From: Terriglobia bacterium
Lineage (GTDB): Bacteria; Acidobacteriota; Terriglobia; 20CM-2-55-15
Direction: 5' to 3'
Length of the DNA stretch: 64,000 bases
Assembly: GCA_963664115.2 (NCBI GenBank)
Contig: CAXWPJ010000002.1
Span: 608,001-672,000 of the forward strand
Positions 8,893 to 19,260 of this stretch are shown here, one piece after another. A model generated the notes under the pieces. That model ran no database searches, was not told the DNA's origin, and saw only the letters and a list, made by a program, of their open reading frames with translations. Positions within the stretch are counted from its first letter, which is position 1. Each line of letters begins with the position of its first letter. The translations under genes were made by a program, and so were the position numbers.

Positions 8893-10278
8893 ATGAAGGT
8901 TGCCAACATCGCTGAGGAACTGCGTGCCATTGTGGGCGATCCGCATGTCCGGACGGATGCCGAGACGGTTCGGGAGAACAGTACGGATGCGACCAAACGC
9001 TTTCATCCGGCGGACGTGGTGGTGTTTCCGAAAATAGCTTCGGAAGTTGCCCGTATCGTCTGCCTGGCCAATGCAGAACGGATTCCTATCGTATCCAGAG
9101 GCGGTGGCGTGGGTTATGCCGGTGGAGCGATACCGGTCGCCGGAGGCATCGTCGTTGCCATGCGACGAATGAACCGGATTCTCGAGATCGACCCTGTGGA
9201 CCTCGTTGCCGTCGTCGAACCCGGCGTGATTACCGGAGATCTGCACGCGGCTGTGGAATCGAAGGGGCTGTTCTATCCGCCGGACCCTGCAAGTCTCGCG
9301 CGATCCACGGTCGGAGGAAACGTGGCCCACAATGCCGGAGGTCCACGAGGTTTTAAATACGGAGTGACACGCCAGTATTTGCTGGGCCTCGATGTCGTTC
9401 TTCCGACCGGAGAGCTCACTTCGACAGGAGGGAGAGTCGTAAAGAACGCCGTTGGCTACGATCTGACCGGTTTGATGTGCGGATCGGAAGGAACGCTCGG
9501 AATCATTACAAAAATCATCTTCCGGCTGTTGCCGCTTCCGAGCGCCGCTCGAACCTTAATGGCCTTGTTTGCCTCAGTGAGGGATTGTGCGGAATCGGCG
9601 AATCGCCTGGTCGAACGGGGCGTTATCCCTTCGAAGCTGGAGTTTGTGGATCGAGCCTCCGTCCGGGCCCTCCGAAGCTATATCCGGGATGAAGGGATCC
9701 AAACGCCTGTTGTTCTCCCGGACGGAGTCAGTGCATTGCTGCTCGTCGAAGTGGACGGGGATGTGCTTTCGCTCGAGAGCGATCTGCGGCGAGTCCGCGA
9801 AGTTCTCGAACCGCATGCCGCTGGAGTGATCGAGTCGGACACCGGAGATGAGCTTTGGGAACTCCGCCGTCACCTCTCTCCTGCCGTGGCACGCATCCGG
9901 CCTGACAAGGTGAACGAAGACGTCGTCGTACCGCGTCGGAGGGTCCCGGACTATCTCGACGCAATGGGACGCCTTGAAGTTGAATGCGGTCTACCTGTAG
10001 TTTGTTTCGGTCATGTCGGCGACGGCAACATCCATGTGAATGTGATGCTGGACTCTTCCAATCCCGATCAAGTCGAACGATCCGAAGTAGCAAAGTTGCG
10101 TGTGTTTGAACTCGCTGTGGAGATGGGCGGAACCATTTCGGGGGAACATGGAGTCGGGATCATGAAATCTCAGTTCATCGGATTGGCTCTCCCTCCGGCG
10201 GCCGTTGTTGCGATGAAAGCCATCAAGCGCGCTCTTGATCCGAACGGCATCATGAATCCCGGCAAGATATTCACGTGA
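8893..10278 (+). CDS. FAD-linked oxidase, GlcD/D-lactate dehydrogenase family
   Basis: YPPDPAS, STVGGNVAHNAGG, GSEGTLGII, GHVGDGNIH, GEHGVG, DPNGIMNPGK; start moved to ATG 8893 (the ORF-track extension runs through the repeat). Confidence 0.92.
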   Translation: MKVANIAEELRAIVGDPHVRTDAETVRENSTDATKRFHPADVVVFPKIASEVARIVCLANAERIPIVSRGGGVGYAGGAIPVAGGIVVAMRRMNRILEIDPVDLVAVVEPGVITGDLHAAVESKGLFYPPDPASLARSTVGGNVAHNAGGPRGFKYGVTRQYLLGLDVVLPTGELTSTGGRVVKNAVGYDLTGLMCGSEGTLGIITKIIFRLLPLPSAARTLMALFASVRDCAESANRLVERGVIPSKLEFVDRASVRALRSYIRDEGIQTPVVLPDGVSALLLVEVDGDVLSLESDLRRVREVLEPHAAGVIESDTGDELWELRRHLSPAVARIRPDKVNEDVVVPRRRVPDYLDAMGRLEVECGLPVVCFGHVGDGNIHVNVMLDSSNPDQVERSEVAKLRVFELAVEMGGTISGEHGVGIMKSQFIGLALPPAAVVAMKAIKRALDPNGIMNPGKIFT

Positions 10279-10676
10279 GATTCGCGGTAGCGGCCGGACT
10301 TCTCGATCAGATCGTTGGCCACGCCCGGGATCGCCTGCCGGAAGAGGCCTGCGGATTTCTCATCGGCCGATCCGGAACCGTGGAACAATTCGTGCCTGCC
10401 CCGAACGCCCTACGCAGCCAGACGGCCTTCGAAGTGGAACCCCGCTTCCTCTTTAATATGTTCCGGCAACTCAGGTCTTCCGGAGAAACTTTGCTGGCCA
10501 TTTGTCACTCCCATCCAACGGGAGCGGCCGTTCCATCGGCCCGCGACGTGGCCGAGGCGCACTATCCGGATTGTGCATATGTGATCGTTTCATTGGCTGG
10601 GGCCCAACCGAATGTTCGAGCCTACCGGATTGTCGAGGGCGAGGTCCTCGAAATGGAACTTCATGCTATAGTCTAG
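10275..10676 (+). CDS. Mov34/MPN/JAB (M67) metallopeptidase, Mec-like
   Basis: EEACG and HSHPxxxxxPSxxD JAMM motif; GTGA overlap with upstream stop. Confidence 0.9.
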   Translation: MRFAVAAGLLDQIVGHARDRLPEEACGFLIGRSGTVEQFVPAPNALRSQTAFEVEPRFLFNMFRQLRSSGETLLAICHSHPTGAAVPSARDVAEAHYPDCAYVIVSLAGAQPNVRAYRIVEGEVLEMELHAIV

Positions 10677-10715
10677 GAAATCGGCTCTTTTTCGAGTCTC
10701 TCGCCGGAGGTTTAG

Positions 10716-11333
10716 ATGCGTCTCTTGCTGATCATTCTGCTGTGGACGGCGCCGCTTTTGTCCCAGGATTCTGAGCTTACCTTGGACGCGGAATACGCCA
10801 TTCGGGCTGACGCCAATCTGTTTTTTGGGAGGGGCGAGTCGACGGGGACAGAGTACTACGACGTCGCAATCACGAGCCAACCCTCCGACGGAGTTTTGAT
10901 CAAGCTGCCCTATACGCAGAAAGGCGGGAAGCTTACTTTTGATCTCCATCATCGCGTCGGTTTGTCTGCGGACTATGGTCTCCCGGCCGAAATCATGACG
11001 GTCGTCGAAGTCGTCACGGGTGGTACGAATCGGCTTGGGACGTTCACGATGCTGGACATGATCGGTGAGGACGCGGCGTTCGATGAGCAGATCGAGCGGG
11101 CAAGCGACGCGGAGATCGACCGTTATGTCACGCCGATGTCCCGAAAGACAATAACCATCACCACGCAGCCCGGACCCCAGTCGATCAGCATAGTCGGACG
11201 CGATCTGAACATCGTGCGCCGGGGCACGACGACCCGGGTGGATACCCCGGGGACCCGGATCGCGATGGTCTCGAATATCAAATTTGAGGAAGTTCTAGCG
11301 GTCAATCCCCTCAGTCTGAGCACTCCGGATTAA
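10716..11333 (+). CDS. Hypothetical secreted protein
   Basis: GGAGG RBS, short signal peptide MRLLLIILLWTAPLLS, acidic beta-rich mature part; family not recognised. Confidence 0.75.
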   Translation: MRLLLIILLWTAPLLSQDSELTLDAEYAIRADANLFFGRGESTGTEYYDVAITSQPSDGVLIKLPYTQKGGKLTFDLHHRVGLSADYGLPAEIMTVVEVVTGGTNRLGTFTMLDMIGEDAAFDEQIERASDAEIDRYVTPMSRKTITITTQPGPQSISIVGRDLNIVRRGTTTRVDTPGTRIAMVSNIKFEEVLAVNPLSLSTPD

Positions 11334-11482
11334 GTTACGACTGCGCCGAATGTAGGGGCAGACCGACGCACTCTAATCTGACGGAGTCGCATGAGGGAAG
11401 ACCGCCGTCCGGGGGCTATTCAGCGACCGGGTTCTTCGCGGTTGGTGTCGCATTCGAGTTTCACGCCTTACGAAGAAGTCCT

Positions 11483-12454
11483 TTACTGTTGTTCCTCCAG
11501 CTCCCTTGAAACATCTTGGTAAAAGCGGCGATAAACGCGCTCAACCGTATTGCCCGTGTTGGGCGACAGGTTTTCGCTGGCGAAGCGAGCATCGAACTCC
11601 CTCGACGGACGCGCCTCAATGATCTCGTCCAGTGTCATGCCCTGTGCCACCATGTCGCGGAATCGAGCGTAAATCACAATCACGGCGTCACGTACTGCGC
11701 TGAGATCCTCTCTGCGCGAGAGTTGGCCGTGGCCGGGAACGAAAATCGTGTCCGGGGTCGTCATATCGAGCGCCATGTTGTAAATATCAACGAAATCTTT
11801 AATCGTGCCGCCGCCTGAGGACGGATAGTCTGTCCGATACACGTCACCAAAGGCCCACACGTCGGATCCGCTGAAGTACACAGCCGCATCTCCGTCCGTG
11901 TGCGAGGGTTTTAAGGGCACGAAGAGGATTTCCTCTCCGTTGAAGTGAAACGTCATCGGTTGCGCCGATGTGATCACAGGCAAACCGCCGGGAAGATCCG
12001 AATCGCTGCGGTCTCCTATGAGCGACCGGCGCAGGTTGGGCTGATCGACGATCAACGCGCCCTCCCGGGCAAAGTTTGCGTTGCCGCCGCTGTGGTCTGG
12101 GTGGGAGTGCGTGTTGACCACAAAGCGGATGGGCCCATCCGAGATTCGTCGGATCAGGGTCATGATCCGGTCGTAGAAAACGGGGTAGTTCGTGTCGACG
12201 ATGAAAATGCCATCATCGCCCGCCATGACGGTCATATTCCCACCTGCGCCGGCGATCACGTAAACCTGGCCGGCTACATGGCGGAGGACCATTTCGATCG
12301 CCGCCACCGCTTCGGGATCGTCAACCTGGTTGTTGAATCCGCGTATGTCGGGAATCGGGCCTCCAGTCTGAATCGCTTCCTGAGAAAAAGCCCCCCCGCA
12401 GAAAACCATAGCGCACACCGTCCCCGACGCCACAAATGCCATAGCTCGTTTCAT
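11483..12454 (-). CDS. Secreted MBL-fold metallo-hydrolase (cyclase-like)
   Basis: NTHSHPDHSGGN, HTDGD, GDV, PGHG; signal peptide; GAGGTG RBS before ATG 12454. Confidence 0.9.
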   Translation of the reverse strand: MKRAMAFVASGTVCAMVFCGGAFSQEAIQTGGPIPDIRGFNNQVDDPEAVAAIEMVLRHVAGQVYVIAGAGGNMTVMAGDDGIFIVDTNYPVFYDRIMTLIRRISDGPIRFVVNTHSHPDHSGGNANFAREGALIVDQPNLRRSLIGDRSDSDLPGGLPVITSAQPMTFHFNGEEILFVPLKPSHTDGDAAVYFSGSDVWAFGDVYRTDYPSSGGGTIKDFVDIYNMALDMTTPDTIFVPGHGQLSRREDLSAVRDAVIVIYARFRDMVAQGMTLDEIIEARPSREFDARFASENLSPNTGNTVERVYRRFYQDVSRELEEQQ

Positions 12455-12660
12455 AGAAGTCACCTCTGTGTGTACCGTTTCTTAAGACCTTCCTAAAGGA
12501 TATTCAAGGAAAGGGTCAGACGCAATCAAAGCCTCAAGGCCTAGCTGGCACGGTATCGGGAGGAGCCGTTCGATCCCATTTTGAAATCCCCCAAAGGTTG
12601 AAACAGATCGATCGGCCTTCGATATGGGAGAAACAATGAATCGGGGGTGCGCCAGCTCGA

Positions 12661-15084
12661 TCAGAACTGAAATCTCATTCCGACCTCGATTTGCCGCGGT
12701 GACGTCGCGTTGAAAGACCGTCCGAAGAAGGGAGACCTCAGCACACCGCTGGGTGTTCCCAGGTGGGTCATGTTGAAAGCGTTGCTGAGGTTTGCAAAGA
12801 CATTCATTCTGGGCCCGGTGCCCGTAGCGCCCGAGCCGTTGCTGCCGAATTCAAAGGCTTTCGAGATGTTGAAGCTGACATCAAAATAATTCGGTCCGAC
12901 TTCGCTGTTCTTGACGACCCCTTCCGGCCGGTCGTTACTCACGCCATCGCCGTTATCGTCCCGACCCGTGGTGATCGTGTACCGCCGGCCGCTGCGTGCC
13001 CCGACGACCGTGGTCAGATACACATCCATCGGCAGCCTCGAATTGACGCTCGTGTTGAACGTATGCGTGGGGTTGACGTGTCGGCCCCACTCCTTAGTGA
13101 CGTCGCGGCTGTCGACCGGCAAATCCTGAAAGCCGCCCGTGCCCGCCTGATCGCTGACGCCATGGAAATACAAATAGTCCGCGGTGATATTGAAGATGCT
13201 GACCCGCTGCCTCAGGGTGACGTTGAGATGGTGATATGTCGAAGAACCGCTGACGAGCTGGAGAATCTGGCCGACGTCTGGAAACGGCCGGAGGCCGCTT
13301 TCCGAAAAGGGCGCATTCATGTCCCGGCCGCGGGGTTGGTTGATACCGCGGGCCCGGTCGAAGGCCACCGTCACGAAAAGATTATGCGGAAAGCTCTGCT
13401 CGAGCTGTATTTGTGGCAGAAAGAAATAGCTGTTTCTCAGATTCGGGTCCAGCTGGGTTCGGGTCGGGGGCCGGACGGTGCCCGCAGAGAACGGGTCGGG
13501 CCAGCCGGGATTGTCGATCTGGGTCTCGAACAGCCGTGTCCCGTCCAGATAGGTAAATTCTTTGTTCTGCCGGAAATTTGCCGGGTTCGTGAAGATGGCG
13601 ACACCCCCGCGAATGACGGTCGAATTGCCGATCGCGTATGCAAAACCGATGCGCGGATCCACGTTATTCCGGTCGTCGAGATCTGTTTGCATGAAATAGC
13701 GTACGCCCAGCATCAAGGTGAAGGTCGGCGTGAGCCTGAAATCGTTCTGGGAGAAAAAAACAAGGTGCGTCTGGCTCATTTTGAACAAAGGATCGCAGCA
13801 TTTGACCCTGTACTTGAGCGGTTTCCCCGCCCGGTAACTTTCAAGATCCGAAAACGTGAACTCGCCGAAGAAATTGTTTTCCGAATCCGAACGCTCGCTT
13901 CGGCGCCAGCCCCGAAAACCGGTTCGCATCGTCAGGTTGTTTCCCTCGAAGTAGACGAGGTTCGACAGCTCGTATTCGTTTCCATTGATCAGGCTCCTGT
14001 TTTGTGAGCCCCCTCCGGTGAAAGCGTCCTTGACAACGATCCCAAGGGCGTCGCTGAAGGGAACTGTCTCGCTGCGATCTTTCCGCCAGATGAATCGGAC
14101 ATCGTGCACGGTCCGGTCCGAGATTACGAAGACTTCCCGCAGGTCCACCACGTGGTTCCGCTCCTTTGTGCGGGACGCGCGTTCGGGCAGGCTGAAATTG
14201 CCCACGTTCTCGTTACTGCTGTCTTCGGTGGCGAACTGGAAACGCATGTGCAGCGAATGCGCATCCGCAAGCTGCAGGACGCCACGGGTGTCGTACGACC
14301 GGTTCTCCACAGGCCGGGTGACGCCCAGGGAAAAGAGCCCATCCAGTGTCTGTGCTTTGACCGTGCCGACATTTTCCCGCCTGTTGTCCCTGACCGCGAA
14401 GTTCAATGAGAGCCGGTCTTGAATGATGGGACCGCTGATGTCAGCGTTGATGGTCCGTTCATAGTAGGGCGGTTTATTGTCCGCGAAGGGATTTCGGGCG
14501 TTCAGCTCCTCGTCCTGGAAAATCGCCGCGAAATTGCCGTGATAGGCGCCCACGCCGCCGCGTTCGATCACTTCCGTTCTCGCGCCGCCTTCACGCAAGC
14601 CGCTGGATCCGTTAGCGGCGCCGGTTTCGACGTTAAACGCGTTATTCGTTACGCGGATCTGTTGAATTCTTCCGCTCCCCGCACCGGCATCCCCAGAATC
14701 CTCCGTATAAAATGCCACGTCCTGCTCGCTCTGGTAGCTCTCCCATGCCGTTCTCTGCGCCGCAGTCATGTAGGCGGGAAGCTCATTACGCAACTCGTCG
14801 TACATAAACCGGATGCCGGCCAGTGCCTGATCCTGCTGCTCGCCCGGCGGCGGTCCCTGACTGAAATCCCAGGTTTCGCCAAACAGGTTTTCCGCAGCCT
14901 GACGTTCTTCTTCGATGAGCAACGCCAACTGCCGTTCCTGATCGGCGCTGAAAGGCACCCCGGCCTCGGCGAGTGCTTTCGTCACCTGGTCTTTCAGTTC
15001 GTCGACCGGATTGCGGGCGGTCAGTTGCCCAAAGGCAGTGGTGGCTAAGAAAATACAAATCAAGGCAGGACGCATCACATTCAT
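12661..15084 (-). CDS. Outer-membrane beta-barrel, Oar-like/TonB-dependent receptor family
   Basis: LNARNPF, PRIGFAY, YTITTGRDDNGDG, NAFNMTH, C-terminal PRQIEVGMRFQF; signal peptide from ATG 15084. Confidence 0.85.
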   Translation of the reverse strand: MNVMRPALICIFLATTAFGQLTARNPVDELKDQVTKALAEAGVPFSADQERQLALLIEEERQAAENLFGETWDFSQGPPPGEQQDQALAGIRFMYDELRNELPAYMTAAQRTAWESYQSEQDVAFYTEDSGDAGAGSGRIQQIRVTNNAFNVETGAANGSSGLREGGARTEVIERGGVGAYHGNFAAIFQDEELNARNPFADNKPPYYERTINADISGPIIQDRLSLNFAVRDNRRENVGTVKAQTLDGLFSLGVTRPVENRSYDTRGVLQLADAHSLHMRFQFATEDSSNENVGNFSLPERASRTKERNHVVDLREVFVISDRTVHDVRFIWRKDRSETVPFSDALGIVVKDAFTGGGSQNRSLINGNEYELSNLVYFEGNNLTMRTGFRGWRRSERSDSENNFFGEFTFSDLESYRAGKPLKYRVKCCDPLFKMSQTHLVFFSQNDFRLTPTFTLMLGVRYFMQTDLDDRNNVDPRIGFAYAIGNSTVIRGGVAIFTNPANFRQNKEFTYLDGTRLFETQIDNPGWPDPFSAGTVRPPTRTQLDPNLRNSYFFLPQIQLEQSFPHNLFVTVAFDRARGINQPRGRDMNAPFSESGLRPFPDVGQILQLVSGSSTYHHLNVTLRQRVSIFNITADYLYFHGVSDQAGTGGFQDLPVDSRDVTKEWGRHVNPTHTFNTSVNSRLPMDVYLTTVVGARSGRRYTITTGRDDNGDGVSNDRPEGVVKNSEVGPNYFDVSFNISKAFEFGSNGSGATGTGPRMNVFANLSNAFNMTHLGTPSGVLRSPFFGRSFNATSPRQIEVGMRFQF

Positions 15085-15229
15085 GCTAGCACTCCCCATT
15101 ACGCCGGTTTTAAGAAAAACCACAGCATGGCCCGGGATGATCTGAATTCCTAAATTGTTGGATCAAAACACAGCGGGATGGAATTCAGATTCAAGTAGCA
15201 TTCCATCTCCAGAGTTCGTCCGCAGCCTG

Positions 15230-16396
15230 TCAGGCGTTTCCTGCCGTAGCGGTCGCTTCGTTGGTCTTGCCCCCTGCCGAGGCGAGCTCATATGTTTTGA
15301 TCACTTTCTCCGCGCATGTTTTCCAGGAAAACTTCGCTACCTGCAGCAGGCCCTTTTCTATGAATTCCTGACGTAATACCTGATCGATCAGCAGTTGTTT
15401 GATCGCCCGCGCGATTTCAAAAACGTTTTCGGGGTTTACGAGAATAGCCGCATCGCCCAGTACTTCAGGAAGGGAAGACGTGTTTGAAGCCACGACAGGC
15501 GTTCGGTTGGCCATTGCTTCGAGCGGGGGAAGGCCGAAACCCTCGTAGAGTGATGGCGAGGCGAATGCAACAGCCGCCTCGTAAAACGCCTGAAGGATTG
15601 GATACGGAACGAAACCGAAGAAGCGGACGTCCTGCTGAACGCCGCTCCGAACGACCGTCAATCGAAGGTACTGATGATTGCTGAGTTTGTCGCCAATGAT
15701 GATCAGCTTTAAATGTTTGTACTTCTTGTGGTCACCCAGCTCGCTCTTCAAAACTGCGAACGCTTCGATCAGACGGCCGACGTTTTTGTGTGGCTTGATC
15801 TGTCCCGAATAGAGAACAAAGGGATCCTTCAGTTGGTAGCGTTCCAGGACCTGCATCTGCTCGGCCGGAGCATGGGCCACAGAAAAACGTCCATCCAGGG
15901 CGTTGTGTGCCACGGACGTCCGGGAGGTCGGCAGGTCGAATATGCTGATCAGATCCTGCCGGGTTGACTCCGAGACGGCAATGACGTGATCCGCTGAGCG
16001 GACAATGTGCTTCGTGTAGAGATACCTCCGGTAGTTATCGAACTTCGATGAACCCTCCGGCGGGAACAGTAGATGGACGCAGTCGTGAATCGTGACCACT
16101 AATCGGCACCCGACCATCAGAGGGGCCTCGTAGTGGGGTGCGTGGAAGACGTCGATCCCATGCTTTCGTAGCTGGAAAGGAATGCGTACGTGAAGATTCC
16201 AGAAGTTGTTGTGTTCGGGAATGTCGATTCGCTCGAAATTCTTTCCCAGCGGTCCGAATTCGAGAAACTGGCGTTGGGAGCCCAGAAGGAAGTAGTGATG
16301 GCTTCGATCTAAATCCGATAGGTTCCGGACAAGATTCCAAACGTGTGTGCCGACGCCGAACTCGTTGACCTTACGGATGTCGATAGCGACGCGCAT
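15230..16396 (-). CDS. Glycosyltransferase family 4 (GT-B)
   Basis: MRVAIDIR, VVTIHD, PHKN, PSLYEGFGLPPLEAMA. Confidence 0.93.
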   Translation of the reverse strand: MRVAIDIRKVNEFGVGTHVWNLVRNLSDLDRSHHYFLLGSQRQFLEFGPLGKNFERIDIPEHNNFWNLHVRIPFQLRKHGIDVFHAPHYEAPLMVGCRLVVTIHDCVHLLFPPEGSSKFDNYRRYLYTKHIVRSADHVIAVSESTRQDLISIFDLPTSRTSVAHNALDGRFSVAHAPAEQMQVLERYQLKDPFVLYSGQIKPHKNVGRLIEAFAVLKSELGDHKKYKHLKLIIIGDKLSNHQYLRLTVVRSGVQQDVRFFGFVPYPILQAFYEAAVAFASPSLYEGFGLPPLEAMANRTPVVASNTSSLPEVLGDAAILVNPENVFEIARAIKQLLIDQVLRQEFIEKGLLQVAKFSWKTCAEKVIKTYELASAGGKTNEATATAGNA

Positions 16397-16402
16397 GTCT
16401 GA

Positions 16403-16411
16403 ATTGTAGCA
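16403..16411 (-). promoter_or_regulatory. Extended -10 promoter, probably leaderless (glycosyltransferase)
   Basis: Minus strand TGcTACAAT-tcagac-ATG (6-nt spacing). Confidence 0.6.
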
Positions 16412-16425
16412 GCCTGCCAAGAGAA

Positions 16426-16496
16426 GAAGGAGACGGACACTTCATGCAACATTGTGCCCTGGCGAGTGTACTTCGCCTGAAGTGTCCGTCCCCTTC
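16426..16496. mobile_element. 71-bp MITE/REP-like palindromic element, copy 1
   Basis: Terminal inverted repeats GAAGGAGACGGACACTTCA / TGAAGTGTCCGTCCCCTTC (1 mismatch in 19); second copy at 21920-21990. Confidence 0.8.
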
Positions 16497-16510
16497 CGCT
16501 TCCACGGGTC

Positions 16511-16519
16511 TGTTATAAT
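16511..16519 (+). promoter_or_regulatory. Extended -10 promoter, probably leaderless (nfeD operon)
   Basis: TGtTATAAT-cgtcgt-ATG 16526 (6-nt spacing). Confidence 0.6.
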
Positions 16520-16525
16520 CGTCGT

Positions 16526-17902
16526 ATGATTCGACCCCATCCGGCGTGTGGCATCCGGAAGCTCTTCCGGACCTGTCGAACAGGGCTGATTCTTCGACGC
16601 GCGCTCGTCCTTGCCTCGATCGGGGTTGCCCTGGCGGGCGCCCTTCCTTACTTCATTTCTTCCTCGGCCCAGGGGCCGACTATCATCCAGATCGATCTCG
16701 CCGATATCGTCCACCCTGTCAGCGCAGACTACGTTGCTGCCGGATTGGAAAGAGCGGAGGAAGTCGGTGCGGTGGCGGTGATCATTCGATTGGACACTCC
16801 CGGAGGGCTCGTCGATTCGATGAGGGCCATTGTTGAGGATATTCTGGCTTCAGACGTTCCGGTCATCGTGTGGGTGGGTCCCAGTGGCGTGCGTGCCGCC
16901 TCGGCGGGCTTCTTCATTCTGCTGTCAGGCGATCTCGCATTGATGGCATCGGGCACCAATACCGGTGCGGCACATCCGGTTTCCTCCCTCGGTGGCGAGA
17001 TCGACGAAGTGATGGAGCAGAAAATCGTCAATGACGTTTCCGCCTTTCTCCGGAGCTATGCGGCAAAGCGTGGCAGAAACCCTGAACTCGCAGAACTGGC
17101 CGTTACCGAAAGCCGGGCATTCACCGCGGAAGAGGCCCTCGAGAATGAGTTGATCGATGCCGTCGTCGGTGATGTTGCCGAGTTGATCGAGGTTTTCGAC
17201 GGACAGGAGATCACGCGTTTCGATGATTCGGTCGAGACCCTGGCTCTTGCTGGTGCTACGGTTGAAGTGTTCGCGATGACTTCTAGAGAGAGACTGCTCT
17301 CGATGATCATGAACCCAAACGTTGCCCTTGTCTTGGGCCTCCTGGGCCTTGTCGGACTCTATCTTGAAATAACGAGCCCGGGTATGATCTTCCCCGGAGT
17401 CATCGGTGGTATCAGCCTGATACTCGCGTTGTTTGCCTTCAATCTTCTTCCGATCAACCTTACCGGAGTCCTTTTGCTTTTGCTCGGAATCGCTCTTTTT
17501 GTGGTTGAGGCAACGGTGCCAAGCAGCGGAATTCTTGCGATGGGGGGTGTTGTTGCGATGGTTGCGGGCGGTCTCATACTCGTTGACGGTCCGATTCCCG
17601 AACTCCGCATTCAGTTCCCGACAGTCCTGGCCGTAACCCTGCCTCTTGCGGCGATTACAGTTTTTCTCGTGCGCCTGGTGCTCGTGTCCCATAGCAAGAA
17701 GGCCGTTACAGGTTCGGCTGGAATGGTCGGTCTGATGGGTACGGCATCCACCGGCATTGACAGCCATGGAAAGGTGATGGTTCATGGCGAATACTGGGAA
17801 GCGCACTCCCAGGCTCCTATTCCGTCAGGGGCCCGAATTCGGGTAGTAAAAATGGACGGACTCAATCTTGAGGTCGAAACCGAAGACGAGGAGCAGCAAT
17901 GA
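16526..17902 (+). CDS. nfeD: NfeD family membrane-bound serine protease (ClpP class)
   Basis: [20 protein letters not shown], multi-TM middle, C-terminal OB-fold [12 protein letters not shown]. Confidence 0.93.
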   Translation: MIRPHPACGIRKLFRTCRTGLILRRALVLASIGVALAGALPYFISSSAQGPTIIQIDLADIVHPVSADYVAAGLERAEEVGAVAVIIRLDTPGGLVDSMRAIVEDILASDVPVIVWVGPSGVRAASAGFFILLSGDLALMASGTNTGAAHPVSSLGGEIDEVMEQKIVNDVSAFLRSYAAKRGRNPELAELAVTESRAFTAEEALENELIDAVVGDVAELIEVFDGQEITRFDDSVETLALAGATVEVFAMTSRERLLSMIMNPNVALVLGLLGLVGLYLEITSPGMIFPGVIGGISLILALFAFNLLPINLTGVLLLLLGIALFVVEATVPSSGILAMGGVVAMVAGGLILVDGPIPELRIQFPTVLAVTLPLAAITVFLVRLVLVSHSKKAVTGSAGMVGLMGTASTGIDSHGKVMVHGEYWEAHSQAPIPSGARIRVVKMDGLNLEVETEDEEQQ

Positions 17903-18681
17903 ATGTTAATTTCGGAATCGTAGCACTGGTAATCATCCTGATCTGGCTTTTCAACTCCCTCAATATCCTGCGCGAATACGAGCGCGGGGTCATATTCCGA
18001 TTGGGCCGTCTCCTGCCGGACCCAAAGGGTCCGGGACTGATCTGGGTCTTCTGGCCGATCGACAAGATCGTACGCGTGAGCTTGAGGACGGTCACGATGG
18101 ACGTTCCCGCGCAGGACGTGATCACAAAGGACAACGTTACGGTGAAGGTCAACGCCGTCGTTTATTTTCGTGTGGTCGAGTCAGACAGGGCGGTTGTCGA
18201 GGTTGAGAACTACCTCTACGCGACATCGCAGTTGGCCCAGACGACGCTGCGTTCCGTTCTTGGAGAGGTCATTCTGGACGAGTTGTTGAGCGAGCGCGAG
18301 AAATTGAACTTGAGGCTGCAGGAAATCCTCGATCAGCATACCGACACCTGGGGTATCAAAGTATCGATCGTCGAGATCAAGGGTGTGGATCTGCCTGAGT
18401 CCATGCAGCGTTCGATGGCGCGTCAGGCCGAGGCCGAGCGTGAGAAGCGCGCCAAGATCATCCACGCTTCGGGTGAATATGAGGCGGCTGCCCGCCTGGC
18501 TGATGCCGCCAAGACTATTGCCACCGAGCCTATGGCCCTCCAGTTGCGTTATCTGCAAACCATGACGGAAATTGGAATAGAAGGGAAGAACACTACGCTT
18601 GTATTCCCACTTCCGATTGATATTCTGAGTTCCCTTCAGAAAGCTTTGATTAAGCCTGACACCGACAGCAGCAGCGGTTAG
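17899..18681 (+). CDS. SPFH/stomatin-like (slipin) protein
   Basis: [50 protein letters not shown]; coupled to nfeD. Confidence 0.95.
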   Translation: MNVNFGIVALVIILIWLFNSLNILREYERGVIFRLGRLLPDPKGPGLIWVFWPIDKIVRVSLRTVTMDVPAQDVITKDNVTVKVNAVVYFRVVESDRAVVEVENYLYATSQLAQTTLRSVLGEVILDELLSEREKLNLRLQEILDQHTDTWGIKVSIVEIKGVDLPESMQRSMARQAEAEREKRAKIIHASGEYEAAARLADAAKTIATEPMALQLRYLQTMTEIGIEGKNTTLVFPLPIDILSSLQKALIKPDTDSSSG

Positions 18682-18693
18682 AGAGTCGACTCG

Positions 18694-19257
18694 ATGGACG
18701 AACATTCCTGGAAGGGACACAACTTCACGTTGTTGATTTTCGGCGGAGTTGTTGTCCTGTGCTCGATTTTCTTTATCCTGGGAATGTTGGTCGGCCGGGT
18801 TCAGGTTCCTGCGGTTTCGGAAGTTGCGGCCGTCTCTGGCGAGACGGCCACTGCGGAAGAACCGGGAGATCTCGATCTGCAATTTTATGAGGCTGTGGAA
18901 GGAAGCGAGCCGCCTCCCTTCGAGGTGTCCGGACCCGAAGCCGGTTTCAACCCGGAGACTGTAGACCCGATTCAGCCTTTGCCGACGACGCCAGCCGCTC
19001 CGCTTGCCGCCTCTGTACCTGAGGTCGAAATCGCGAGTACGCTTCAGATTGCGGCTCTCAGCAGCGCAGACCAGGCTGAAACGCTACGTGCGGAAATTGC
19101 CGGGCAAGGATTTCCATCCTTTGTTGTGCGTCCGGCACCGGACGACCAGTCGGGTCTCCATCGCGTTCACGTCGGTCCTTTCAGCGATGAGACTGAAGTT
19201 GCACGTGTCCGCGCGTTGCTGGAGGCCGAAGGATACCAGCCCATCGTCAGGAACTGA
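18694..19257 (+). CDS. SPOR domain membrane protein (FtsN/DedD-like)
   Basis: N-terminal TM, Pro/Glu-rich linker, C-terminal LQIAAL...HRVHVGPF SPOR domain. Confidence 0.88.
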   Translation: MDEHSWKGHNFTLLIFGGVVVLCSIFFILGMLVGRVQVPAVSEVAAVSGETATAEEPGDLDLQFYEAVEGSEPPPFEVSGPEAGFNPETVDPIQPLPTTPAAPLAASVPEVEIASTLQIAALSSADQAETLRAEIAGQGFPSFVVRPAPDDQSGLHRVHVGPFSDETEVARVRALLEAEGYQPIVRN

Positions 19258-19260
19258 TCG

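Noticed and set aside
11352-11470. GTAG-type REP pair between convergent genes
   Set aside because: Begins GTAGGGGCAGAC but the complementary arm is too degenerate to support a call
12763-14007. 414-aa + strand ORF; likewise 53656-54789, 16925-17806, 37923-38783 and other long overlapping ORFs
   Set aside because: Antisense/alternate-frame shadows of well-supported genes in GC-rich DNA
15140-15190. 11-bp inverted repeat ATCTGAATTCC / GGAATTCAGAT
   Set aside because: Single short occurrence with long loop and no U-tract; cannot assign terminator or operator function
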